A stretch of 64,000 nt of DNA, taken from positions 15,182-79,181 of the forward strand of contig BTVE01000011.1 of NCBI GenBank assembly GCA_045862915.1, given 5' to 3'. How positions within the stretch are numbered: position 1 is the first letter of the stretch; every line of letters begins with the position of its first letter. Of the stretch, positions 44,804 to 55,062 are shown piece by piece. A model generated the notes under the pieces. It searched no databases. It saw nothing but the letters and a program-made list of their open reading frames with translations, and was not told the origin of the DNA. The stretch comes from Acidimicrobiia bacterium. Its GTDB lineage: Bacteria; Acidobacteriota; Vicinamibacteria; Vicinamibacterales; SCN-69-37. The position numbers were made by a program, and so were the translations under genes.

Positions 44804-47800
44804 TGCCCCTTGCCGCTCCCTGCGATTCCCTCCAACACCTGCCGCAGCCGCTCGAACAAGCCGCCGGGCTGGCGGGGGTCGAACGGCGCTTCAGCGAGCA
44901 CCTCCTGGCGGGTGAAGCCGCTGGTCACCTCGGAACTGGTCGCCCGGGTGGCCCACCAGGACTCGCGACCTGGTTGGTCGACCGGTTTGGCGGGTTTCAG
45001 ATAACGTTGCGCCCGTGTGTCTTCAGACTTAGGACGCAGCTTGCCGGGCGGGGGTGTCGCCGGCTTTTCTGGCGCGGCTGGAGCCGGCCGTTCCGCCGGC
45101 TGAGCCAGATCCAGCCGAAGGGTGGCGGGTGGCAGCAAGGTGAGGTCCCCCCGCTCTCGAACGACCCGCATCAGCTGGACGGGGTCTACTTTGGCGTCTT
45201 GGCGGAACTTCAGGACCACCACTGAACCGTCTCGGTCAATGGAATCAACGCCAATCCTATCGGCAATTACACGTATTCTCGTGTATTCACCAATGTTGAG
45301 CACCGATTCTGTTGATTGACCATATCTATCAGAAAGTTCGGCGATTATTGAATTAACCTCTTCAACGCTGCGGGAGCTGGCCAATCGACGGTATGCCGCG
45401 AGACGCTGGTTCATATCCGTGATGTAGGTTTCATCAATTCTGAAGTTCAGCTTCAAATTGACGGCTGCGCGTCGGTCATCTTCCAGTTCTTCGCCCTTGA
45501 GCTCGCGAATCGTCTCCTCAAGGAGCTTGTTGTACATGTCGAAGCCGACGGCTTCGATGTGGCCGCTCTGCTGCCCGCCCAGGAGATTGCCGGCGCCGCG
45601 AATTTCCAGGTCCAGGGCGGCGATCCGGAAGCCCGAGCCCAGATCGCTGAACTCCCGAATCGCGGCCAGGCGTTTGCGGGCAATCGGAGACAACGCTTGT
45701 TCGGGCGGAATCAGCAGATAGGCGTACGCGCGGCGGTCTGACCGGCCAACGCGGCCACGGAGCTGATACAGCTGGGACAGCCCGTAACGGTCAGCCCGAT
45801 TGATGATGATCGTGTTGGCATTCGAGATGTCTAGCCCATTTTCGACGATGGTGGTGGCGACAAGCACGTCGAACTTGTGCGCGACAAAGTCGACCATCAC
45901 CCTCTCGAGCTCGCCTTCTCCCATCTGTCCGTGGCCAATGCCAATCCGCACTTCCGGCACCAGGCGCTGCACAAGGTTCGCGATCGAGAAGATCGACTCA
46001 ACGCGGTTGTGCACGAAGTAGACCTGGCCCCCGCGTTCGGTCTCTGTGCGAATCGCCCGCGCGATCACGTCCTGATCGAACTTGACGACCTGGGTCTGAA
46101 TCGCCAGACGGTCGCGAGGTGGCGTCTCGATGACCGACATGTCGCGGATGCCCACCAGCGACATGTTGAGCGTCCGAGGGATCGGTGTGGCCGTCATGGT
46201 CAACACGTCGACACGTTTGCGCATCTGTTTGATGCGTTCCTTGTGCGCGACGCCAAACCGCTGTTCCTCGTCCACGACCAGCAGGCCCAGGTCGCGGAAC
46301 ACCACGTCCTTCGACAATAGACGGTGCGTGCCGACGATGATGTCGAGCTGGCCATTGGCAAGCCGTTCGAGCGCATCCTGCTGCTCGGTCTTGGTGCGAA
46401 AGCGGCTGACCATGTCGATGCGGACAGGGAAGCCCGCGAACCGCTCTTTCAGAGTGCGTTCATGCTGGAAGGCGAGCACGGTCGTCGGTGCCAGCACGGC
46501 CACCTGTTTGCCGTCCATCACTGCCTTGAAGGCGGCACGCATCGCCACTTCCGTCTTGCCGAACCCGACGTCGCCGCACAACAGGCGATCCATCGGCGTC
46601 GTCGATTCCATGTCTCTGGCGATGTCGTTGATCGCGGACTGCTGATCGGCCGTCAGGTCGAACGGGAACGCATCGTCAAACTCCTGCTGCCAATGTGAGT
46701 CGGCGGTGAACGCGTGCCCGACGACGGCTTTGCGCGCAGCGTAGAGCTTCAGGAGCTCCTCGGCCATGTCGCGCATGGCCTTCTTGACGCGGGTTTTGGC
46801 CTTTTCCCAGGTCGTGCCGCCCAACTTGTCCAGGTTGGGAGCCGCACCGCCGGTGTACTTCTGGACAAGATCGAGGCGATCGAGCGGGACGAAGAGTTTG
46901 TCGTCGCCGGCGTAGTGGAGTTCCATGAACTCCGTGGCGTCGCCGACACCGACCGCCATTTTTTTCAGGCCGACGAACCGGCCGATGCCGTTGTCGACGT
47001 GAACGACGAGGTCTCCGACCTTCAGGTCGCGGAAATCCGACATGAAGGTGCGCGCAGCGGACTTGCGGCGCTCACCACTGCGACGTTCTTCCTCGAAGAG
47101 ATCCGTCTCGGTGAAAACGAGGAGTGTGCCCGTGGGCAGATGGAAGCCGCGTGAGAGATGGCCGGTGGTGACGAGGACCGACGCGCGCGCCAGGTCTTCG
47201 TTGTCGCCAATCGCGCGTGCCCGAACGCCGTAGTCGGCGAGCAGCTCGATTGTCCGTTCCGCGCGACCAGCCGACGCGGCGACAAACACCGTCGTCTCTC
47301 CGCGGGTCTGCGCCTGCTTCAGTTCTTCCACCCAGTCGCCAAGCCGGCCTCGATATTCGAGCACGGGCTGGCAGGGCACATGCACTTCGTCGGCGCTGTC
47401 GAAAGTCAGCTGACTGATGCGGCGCGCACGCGACAACCACTGCGACACGTCGTCCCACGGCAGAGCAACGTGTTCGTACGGCAGCGAGTTCGGCGCGCGA
47501 TGCACGGCGTCTTCCGCAGCGGCACGCCATTGCTGCTCGAGACTCACGCCTCGTTCGGTGACATCGTCCAGCTCATAAACGAGGGTGGTGGCGCCCGCCT
47601 GGCGGACGTAGTCAAGGAACGTCGCCGAGCGATCGGACTCATCGTCGTGCGAGAGCAGGTCGCGCTGGGGACTGATCGTGAAAGTGTCCAGTGCAGCCAG
47701 TGAGCGCTGCGTTGCCGCATCGTAGCGCCGGAGCGATTCCACAACGTCGCCGATGAACTCGAGACGGATCGGCTGATCTTCCGAGGCGGGATAGAAGTCG

Positions 47801-48372
47801 ACAACGCCCCCTCGCACGCAGAACTCGGCATGTTGATCGACCGGATCCTCCGGCATGAAGCCGGCATCAACCAAGCGCTCGCGCAGATCTTGCGGATCGA
47901 TTTCTGTGCCGGGCTTGATGACCACACTGGCAGCTAAGAAGCGCGCGGGGTCGCTCAAGCGGGGAGGCAGCGATCGCGCAGAGGCGACCACCAGGCGCGC
48001 AGTACCCGTCACCAGGCCGGTGAGCGCACGGGCACGCGCTGAAGCGACCGCCAGGTGAGGCGCGAGTCCTCGATAAGGATCTACTTCCTGCGAAGGAAAG
48101 GGCAGTACGGTCTGGGCGGCCTGCGCATCAGACAGCCCAAGCATGGCGCCGAGAAAAAATCGCGCATCAGCCGTCATCTGCTCGACATCCGCGTCGGTCG
48201 GCACGACGAGCACAACACGGGTGTCCTGCGCGAGGGCAGCGGCGTGGAACGCTGTCGCGCCAGGGCCGAGCCCGGCCAGGCGTGGCAATGCCCGCGTCAG
48301 GCCCGCACGGGTGGCGGCTGACTTCAGGAGCGAGCGAAAGGCGAGAGAGGCGGACGGGTGGAGCACGGCCAA
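44800..48372 (-). CDS. mfd: Transcription-repair coupling factor
   Basis: 1190 aa. Features: a UvrB-homology N-terminus, the RNAP-interaction domain (GDLVVHVDNGIGRF), superfamily-2 helicase motifs (GDVGFGKTEVA, VVDEEQRFGV, TATPIPRT), and a TRG/CarD-like C-terminus. Confidence 0.93.
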   Translation of the reverse strand: MAVLHPSASLAFRSLLKSAATRAGLTRALPRLAGLGPGATAFHAAALAQDTRVVLVVPTDADVEQMTADARFFLGAMLGLSDAQAAQTVLPFPSQEVDPYRGLAPHLAVASARARALTGLVTGTARLVVASARSLPPRLSDPARFLAASVVIKPGTEIDPQDLRERLVDAGFMPEDPVDQHAEFCVRGGVVDFYPASEDQPIRLEFIGDVVESLRRYDAATQRSLAALDTFTISPQRDLLSHDDESDRSATFLDYVRQAGATTLVYELDDVTERGVSLEQQWRAAAEDAVHRAPNSLPYEHVALPWDDVSQWLSRARRISQLTFDSADEVHVPCQPVLEYRGRLGDWVEELKQAQTRGETTVFVAASAGRAERTIELLADYGVRARAIGDNEDLARASVLVTTGHLSRGFHLPTGTLLVFTETDLFEEERRSGERRKSAARTFMSDFRDLKVGDLVVHVDNGIGRFVGLKKMAVGVGDATEFMELHYAGDDKLFVPLDRLDLVQKYTGGAAPNLDKLGGTTWEKAKTRVKKAMRDMAEELLKLYAARKAVVGHAFTADSHWQQEFDDAFPFDLTADQQSAINDIARDMESTTPMDRLLCGDVGFGKTEVAMRAAFKAVMDGKQVAVLAPTTVLAFQHERTLKERFAGFPVRIDMVSRFRTKTEQQDALERLANGQLDIIVGTHRLLSKDVVFRDLGLLVVDEEQRFGVAHKERIKQMRKRVDVLTMTATPIPRTLNMSLVGIRDMSVIETPPRDRLAIQTQVVKFDQDVIARAIRTETERGGQVYFVHNRVESIFSIANLVQRLVPEVRIGIGHGQMGEGELERVMVDFVAHKFDVLVATTIVENGLDISNANTIIINRADRYGLSQLYQLRGRVGRSDRRAYAYLLIPPEQALSPIARKRLAAIREFSDLGSGFRIAALDLEIRGAGNLLGGQQSGHIEAVGFDMYNKLLEETIRELKGEELEDDRRAAVNLKLNFRIDETYITDMNQRLAAYRRLASSRSVEEVNSIIAELSDRYGQSTESVLNIGEYTRIRVIADRIGVDSIDRDGSVVVLKFRQDAKVDPVQLMRVVRERGDLTLLPPATLRLDLAQPAERPAPAAPEKPATPPPGKLRPKSEDTRAQRYLKPAKPVDQPGRESWWATRATSSEVTSGFTRQEVLAEAPFDPRQPGGLFERLRQVLEGIAGSGKGQ

Positions 48373-48384
48373 CAGTCGATCGTA

Positions 48385-48861
48385 TCAGGCGCCGGTTCCA
48401 CCCGAGACTTTCTCAATCAGCGAGGTCGTCGACCAGCCGTCTTCAATCCTCATCCGCACGACGCGGCCACCGCGCGCTTCGACGGTGTCTCGACCGACGA
48501 TGCGATCGGCAGCCCAGTCGGCGCCTTTGACGAGGACGTCGGGCTGCACGGCGGCAATGATGTCCGCAGGTGTCTCCTCGTCGAAGACCACCACGGCATC
48601 AACGCAGGCGAGGGCCCCAAGGACCTCCGCGCGTTCGTGCTCGGGATTGACCGGCCGAGTCGGCCCCTTGATGGCACGGACTGACCGATCGGAGTTGACG
48701 GCAATGATGAGGCGGTCGCCTTCGCGGCGCGCGGCCTGCAGGTACCGGACGTGACCGGGATGAAGGATGTCGAAGACGCCGTTGGTGAAGACAACCCTGG
48801 CGCCGGCATTCTGCTGCTCTCGCGACCACCGGGCAGCGGCCGCGCGGTCGGTCAGGATCAC
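48385..48861 (-). CDS. D-glycero-beta-D-manno-heptose-1-phosphate adenylyltransferase (RfaE/HldE domain II type cytidylyltransferase)
   Basis: 158 aa. Motifs: [19 protein letters not shown] (HxGH), [11 protein letters not shown], and VLVKGADW. Confidence 0.85.
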   Translation of the reverse strand: MILTDRAAAARWSREQQNAGARVVFTNGVFDILHPGHVRYLQAARREGDRLIIAVNSDRSVRAIKGPTRPVNPEHERAEVLGALACVDAVVVFDEETPADIIAAVQPDVLVKGADWAADRIVGRDTVEARGGRVVRMRIEDGWSTTSLIEKVSGGTGA

Positions 48862-49091
48862 TCCAACCCTATCCGGCGGCGGAACGATCTGGCTCGGCTG
48901 AACTCATCGTCGCGCCAGGCGAGGTCGTACTTCTCAGCCCAGCGGAACACGAACTCCCGCGGGCTTTCGCAGAACATGTACGCCGCCTGCAGTGGCGGCA
49001 GTTCACCGCAGACCTCGGCCCAGCTCCTCGACAGGTGGATGCGGCACAGCGCGTCAACCTTGAACGCCCATTCATCAAAGGTAGTGGTCAT
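48858..49091 (-). CDS. Hypothetical 77-aa protein, translationally coupled to the heptose adenylyltransferase gene
   Basis: It has an ATG start and a 4-bp ATGA overlap with the downstream gene. It is Trp/Cys/Phe-rich ([55 protein letters not shown]). No family is recognised. Confidence 0.4.
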   Translation of the reverse strand: MTTTFDEWAFKVDALCRIHLSRSWAEVCGELPPLQAAYMFCESPREFVFRWAEKYDLAWRDDEFSRARSFRRRIGLE

Positions 49092-49130
49092 CGACTTGGC
49101 CCCGGTACGCCGAGGATAGCACTTGCCGTG

Positions 49131-49154
49131 GCGTCAATACGCTAGTATTGACGC
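49131..49154. promoter_or_regulatory. Perfect 10-bp inverted repeat (candidate operator) immediately upstream of the RHH gene
   Basis: GCGTCAATAC-gcta-GTATTGACGC, ending 6 nt before the TTG start at 49161. It lies in the 69-bp divergent intergenic region. Confidence 0.5.
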
Positions 49155-49160
49155 AAATAA

Positions 49161-49649
49161 TTGGCTAAGACTCAGCAGCTCCAGATTCGTGTGTCAGCCG
49201 CCCAAAAGGCGTTGCTCAAGCGGCGAGCGGCGGCCGCTGGCCTCGATGTCTCCACCTTCGTGTTACGTCGAGTGCTGGTGGACACCGAGGCGCAGCTGGA
49301 GGATCTGCTGGTCGCTCTGGCCGCAGAACGTGAGCCACGCGCTACCCTGGCCAGGGTTGGCGGGCTGCTGGCGAGCCTTGATTCCGCGTCCTTCCGCGAT
49401 CTCACGATGGCGCTGGATGTGTCCAGGTTGACCGCGTTTCACCAGAACTACCTGGCGGCGATGATCGAGCACCGCTCCAGTCAACTGGGAATGGCGGCTC
49501 CGGCGTGGACCCGGCGGGTGCCCGTGCCGGACGAGCCGTATTTCCCTGCGGGCACGGACCGGCTGCGGCCGTACCTGATGCGCGAGGCGCCGGTCGTCTA
49601 CAAACGCCGCAACCTGTTTGTGGATGCCGGCGTGGGAGATCACCTCTGA
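49161..49649 (+). CDS. Ribbon-helix-helix (TacA/MobC-like N-terminus) protein with an uncharacterised ~110-aa C-terminal domain; candidate antitoxin/regulator
   Basis: 162 aa with a TTG start directly after an in-frame TAA. QLQIRVSAAQKALLKRRAAAAGLDVSTFVLRRVL matches the beta-strand/helix/helix pattern of DUF1778/MobC-type RHH domains. The C-terminus is unassigned. Confidence 0.6.
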   Translation: MAKTQQLQIRVSAAQKALLKRRAAAAGLDVSTFVLRRVLVDTEAQLEDLLVALAAEREPRATLARVGGLLASLDSASFRDLTMALDVSRLTAFHQNYLAAMIEHRSSQLGMAAPAWTRRVPVPDEPYFPAGTDRLRPYLMREAPVVYKRRNLFVDAGVGDHL

Positions 49650-50233
49650 TGGCTGCCGCCCGACTGACCCGCTCCGATATCTCCCGGCTCTTCGAGCTGC
49701 TCAACGACGACCTGGCCGCCCGCGGCGTCACCGGCGAGGTCTACGTCGTCGGCGGGGCGGTCATGTGTCTGGCCTTTGGCGCGCGGGACGTCACACAGGG
49801 GGTCGACGCATTGCTCGAGCCATCTGGTCTCGTGCGGGAAGCGGCGGCGCGCGTTGCAACCGCGTCGAGTGTGGACCCGGCGTGGCTCAATGATGCGGTG
49901 AAGACGTTCCTCAGCGCGAAAGGGCAGTACGACCCCTACCTCGAGCTGAGCCATCTCAAGGTGTTCACGGCGCACCCGCACTATCTGCTGGCGCTCAAGT
50001 GCGTTGGCTTGCGGCTGGCTGAGGAGTTTCACGATCTGGACGATCTGCGGTACTTGCTTCGGCACCTGGATATCAAATCAGCCGAAGAAGCGCTCGCAAT
50101 TGTAGGGCGCTACGTCGACCTCGGTCGCGTCCCACGCAAAACACACGTGTTGCTGGATTCACTTGTGGAAGGCGGCACACCGCGCGTGCGGGATCTCATC
50201 CGCCGCTTCGCGACCCCAAAACCACGCGCGTAG
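49649..50233 (+). CDS. Minimal nucleotidyltransferase-fold protein (DUF6036 / AbiEii-like), candidate toxin or effector
   Basis: 194 aa from the internal ATG, which overlaps the upstream TGA by 1 nt (cTGATGg). Motifs: VYVVGGAVMCLAFGARDVTQGVDALL (NTase G-G...D pattern), WLNDAV, YLLALKCVGLR, and DLDDLRYLLRHL. Confidence 0.6.
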   Translation: MAAARLTRSDISRLFELLNDDLAARGVTGEVYVVGGAVMCLAFGARDVTQGVDALLEPSGLVREAAARVATASSVDPAWLNDAVKTFLSAKGQYDPYLELSHLKVFTAHPHYLLALKCVGLRLAEEFHDLDDLRYLLRHLDIKSAEEALAIVGRYVDLGRVPRKTHVLLDSLVEGGTPRVRDLIRRFATPKPRA

Positions 50234-50246
50234 AAACTCGCGCGCG

Positions 50247-51581
50247 CTACTTTGGCGGCTTGAACCTGATCGTGCTTGAGAAGTTCCAGCTGTGTTTGGG
50301 CCGGTAGATGCCGACGTCTTTGATGCGCGACTTCACGCGGAACGTGTGGAGGAGGCGGTGGTAGTCGTAGGGCGCGCCGTCACGTTTGTGCACGGCCACG
50401 TCGAGTTTGTAGGTGCCTTCGACCAAATCGAGCGACTCGATGTTCAGCCCGACCAGCGCGTCGCCTTCGAGACGGTCGGCCTCCAACTCCTCGATGTCGG
50501 TGTTGGTCCCGTAGACGGGGACCCCGTCGGCCGTGAAGATGCCGATGCCAAAGACAAAATCTCGCACGGGGGCTGCGGCCTTGACGGCGAGCTGAATCTG
50601 CATTGCCTCACCGGTGTGAAACACCTGCGTGGGCTGCCCGTCTGCGGTGCGGAACTCCACGGACGAGATCTCAACACCGCCCGATCCCCACCGGCCTTCG
50701 CCGGCCATGTTCATGTCGGCGGCCACTTCGGTCGCGTCGACGGGTCGCGAGGCCTCGCTCGCAGTCGAGTCCTCGCCGAGGCCGGCGGCTTCGCGGGCCT
50801 TCGCGTCTGCCTGGCGTAGGAACTGTTCCTCCTGCCTCGCGACGTCCGTGACATAGATGCCAACGACGCGTTTGGGATCCCCTTCGGCCTTCTTCTCGCC
50901 CGAGTCCAGCCAGACGGCTTCGTCGCAGAAACGTTCAACGAGTCCAAGTGAGTGGGTCACGAGCAGGATCGTCTTGCCCCGTCGCTTGAACTCCCCGAAC
51001 TTGTCGAGGCACTTGTGCGTAAATCCCTCGTCACCGACCGCGAGTACCTCGTCGACCAGCAACACGTCGGGATCGACGTGAATGGCCACGGCGAATCCCA
51101 GACGCATGTACATACCGGACGAATACGTCTTGACCGGCGCGTCGATGAAATCCTGCAGTTCCGCAAACTCGACGATCTCGTCGAAGCGTCTCTGAATCTC
51201 CCGCTTCGACAGGCCGAGCATGATGCCGTTGATGAAGACATTCTCCCGACCGGAGATCTCCGGGTGGAATCCGGCGCCAAGCTCGATCAGTGCAGAGATC
51301 CGTCCTCGCACGTGCACCTGGCCGTCTGTCGGCTTGGTGATGCCGGCAACCAGCTTGAGCGTCGTGCTTTTGCCCGATCCGTTGCGCCCCACAACACCGT
51401 AGGTGCACCCCTTGGGCACCTCAAACGACACGTGTTTGAGCGCCTCAAAGGTCTCCTCGGGTCGAAGCTTCTTGACGAGGTCTCCTGAGAGCAGCGCGCT
51501 CTTGAGTGTCGAGAACTGCCTGCCGCCATAACGACGATAGATCTTCGAGACGTTGATGAGCTCAATTGCCGGAGTGCTCAT
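50247..51581 (-). CDS. wzt: Polysaccharide/O-antigen ABC exporter ATP-binding protein with a C-terminal carbohydrate-binding-type domain (Wzt/TagH-like)
   Basis: The start is at the internal ATG (MSTPAIELINVSKIY), making an ATGA overlap with the permease stop. It has Walker A GRNGSGKST, the signature YSSGM, Walker B LLVDE, and a ~190-aa beta-rich C-terminal extension. Confidence 0.85.
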   Translation of the reverse strand: MSTPAIELINVSKIYRRYGGRQFSTLKSALLSGDLVKKLRPEETFEALKHVSFEVPKGCTYGVVGRNGSGKSTTLKLVAGITKPTDGQVHVRGRISALIELGAGFHPEISGRENVFINGIMLGLSKREIQRRFDEIVEFAELQDFIDAPVKTYSSGMYMRLGFAVAIHVDPDVLLVDEVLAVGDEGFTHKCLDKFGEFKRRGKTILLVTHSLGLVERFCDEAVWLDSGEKKAEGDPKRVVGIYVTDVARQEEQFLRQADAKAREAAGLGEDSTASEASRPVDATEVAADMNMAGEGRWGSGGVEISSVEFRTADGQPTQVFHTGEAMQIQLAVKAAAPVRDFVFGIGIFTADGVPVYGTNTDIEELEADRLEGDALVGLNIESLDLVEGTYKLDVAVHKRDGAPYDYHRLLHTFRVKSRIKDVGIYRPKHSWNFSSTIRFKPPK

Positions 51582-52372
51582 ACCGCCTCCGCAAACGAGT
51601 CGCGCAGCCGATCGAACACCCAGTACGCACCGAGGAACAGCACGACAGACGCGGCGCCCAGGGCGAGCAGCCACCACTTGTGGCCGAACGGCCCGTCAAA
51701 GAACAGAATTTCCTGATACGAGATCGCAAGGTGCGAGAACGGATTCAGATCGAAGTAGAACTTGTACTTCTGGAAGTCCGGGTCGTTGTACCAGTAGATG
51801 ATCGGCGTGGCGAAGAACCAGAAGGTCAGCAGGTTCGCCACCAGATCCTTGACGTCACGAAAGTGCACCGCAAGGGCGGACAACAGCAACGCCAGCGCCG
51901 CCGTGAAGATGAACTGGACACCCACCACCGCGATGAACCAGGGGAGTTCGATCCAGTCCGGCGTGACCTGGTAATACGCCATGAACGCAATGAGGATGGG
52001 CAGGCCAAACAGGAAGTGCACCATGTTGGCGATGATTGTCACCAGCGGCAACACTTCGGCAGGGAAGAGTACCTTCTTGATCAGGTTGCCGCCGGAGATC
52101 AAGGAGCCGGTGGCCTCGTTGATCGACGACTGAAACCAGGTCCACGGCAGCAGCGCTGTGAACATGAACACAGCGTACGGCTGCACGCCCTCGGCCCGGT
52201 TCTTCAACAGGTACGTGAAGACAAAGCTGTAGATCGACAGGAGCAGGAGGGGGTTGACGAACGACCAGAAGAACCCGAGCACCGACCCGCGATACCGCGC
52301 CTTGAGATCACGCGCCACCAGGGTCTGAATCAGACCTCGGTAACGAAGCAACTTTTGCAGACTCTCAAACAT
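51578..52372 (-). CDS. wzm: ABC-2 type polysaccharide exporter permease (Wzm/TagG-like)
   Basis: The start is at the internal ATG (MFESLQKLLRYRGLIQTLVARDLKARYRGSVLGFFWSF), followed by six hydrophobic helices. Confidence 0.85.
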   Translation of the reverse strand: MFESLQKLLRYRGLIQTLVARDLKARYRGSVLGFFWSFVNPLLLLSIYSFVFTYLLKNRAEGVQPYAVFMFTALLPWTWFQSSINEATGSLISGGNLIKKVLFPAEVLPLVTIIANMVHFLFGLPILIAFMAYYQVTPDWIELPWFIAVVGVQFIFTAALALLLSALAVHFRDVKDLVANLLTFWFFATPIIYWYNDPDFQKYKFYFDLNPFSHLAISYQEILFFDGPFGHKWWLLALGAASVVLFLGAYWVFDRLRDSFAEAV

Positions 52373-53150
52373 CGATGCGCACCAGCACCACGGTGATGTT
52401 GTCCGGACCGCCGGCGGCATTGGCCGCGCTCACGAGCGCTGATGCCGCGGCCTCCAAATCGGCGCCTCGGGTGCCGGCGCTGCTGAGCGCGGTCTGCATG
52501 TCGTCGAGGCTGACCACCGAGGACAGTCCGTCCGAACAGACCAGCAGGACGTCGCCGGGCATCACCGGCAGTTCCCGAACGTCCACGTCGGGATCGTCAC
52601 CGCCGGAAATCGCGCGCGTGACCACGTTGCGCCACGGATGGCGGTGGGCATCGTCGTCGGACAACAGCCCGGCGCGCACCTGCTCGGTGACCCACGAGTG
52701 ATCCTGCGTCATCTGCTGCAGTACACGGTCGCGCATCCGGTACACACGACTGTCGCCCACGTGCGCGATGCACGCGGTGGCGGCGTCCCGATTGATCAGC
52801 ACGGCAGCCACCGTGGTGGCCATGCCCTTGAGCGCGGGATTGTCGGCCATCGCCGATGCGACGCGACGATTGGCGAGCCGGTACGCCGCGATCAGGCGAT
52901 TGGCATCAAGTGTCTTCGTGGTGTCGAACGGGAAGGGCCACGTCTGGTTGAGGTCCGCGTCACGCGATTCGTAGACGAATGACTCGACGACCTCGACGGT
53001 GAGACCGGATGCAACCTCGCCGGCTTCGTGGCCGCCCATCCCATCGGCCACGATGAACAGGCCGATGTCAGGACGCGCGCGGAAGGCGTCTTCATTGCTC
53101 TCCCGTCGCAACCCCGGATGGGTGACGGCAGCCGCCGAGACCTGCGTCAT
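52365..53150 (-). CDS. PP2C-family Ser/Thr protein phosphatase (Stp/PrpC-like)
   Basis: 261 aa. Motifs: THPGLRRESNEDAF, VADGMGGHEAGEVAS, HVGDSRVY, CSDGL, and GGPDNITVV. Confidence 0.85.
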   Translation of the reverse strand: MTQVSAAAVTHPGLRRESNEDAFRARPDIGLFIVADGMGGHEAGEVASGLTVEVVESFVYESRDADLNQTWPFPFDTTKTLDANRLIAAYRLANRRVASAMADNPALKGMATTVAAVLINRDAATACIAHVGDSRVYRMRDRVLQQMTQDHSWVTEQVRAGLLSDDDAHRHPWRNVVTRAISGGDDPDVDVRELPVMPGDVLLVCSDGLSSVVSLDDMQTALSSAGTRGADLEAAASALVSAANAAGGPDNITVVLVRIDV

Positions 53151-53156
53151 CAGGAA

Positions 53157-53566
53157 TCAGCGACGCCTGGCGTGTTGCGAGACCTGCAGGCGGGTGATGG
53201 CGCGCAGCAGCGAGAGACGCGCGCGTTCGTAGTCGGCCGCAGAGCCGCTCCGCCCCGCTTCGGCCAGGCGTTCCTCGGCGCGGCGCTTGGCGGCCTCGGC
53301 GCGCTGCTGATCGATGTCGTCGCCCTTTTCAGCAATGCGGGCCAGGATCGTCACGCGATCAGGCAGCACTTCCGCGAAGCCAAAACCCACGAAGCCGTAG
53401 AACTTCTCGGAACCCTTGCGGTACCACATCTCGCCGACCTTCAGGCCGATGAGCATCGGCGTGTGGCCGGGAAGGATACCGACGTACCCTTCCTCGCCAG
53501 GCAGCTGGATCTCGTCCACTTCCTCGTGGGCGATGAGACGTTCCGGGGTGACGAATTCGAGTCGCA

Positions 53567-53567
<1 letters not shown>
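53157..53567 (-). CDS. atpC: ATP synthase F1 epsilon subunit
   Basis: 136 aa (LEFVTPERLIAHEEVDEIQLPGEEGYVGILPGHTPM...). The start overlaps the atpD stop. Confidence 0.9.
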
Positions 53568-55018
<1,451 letters not shown>

Positions 55019-55023
55019 TCATT

Positions 55024-55047
55024 GGCAGGGCTGAAGCCCTGCCCTAC
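55024..55047 (-). repeat. REP-like hairpin element in the atpG-atpD spacer
   Basis: GGCAGGGC-TGAA-GCCCTGCC-CTAC. The reverse complement is GTAGGGCAGGGCTTCAGCCCTGCC, with the same head and TTCA loop as the other copies. Confidence 0.55.
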
Positions 55048-55062
55048 GAACAGCTTTGCCTT

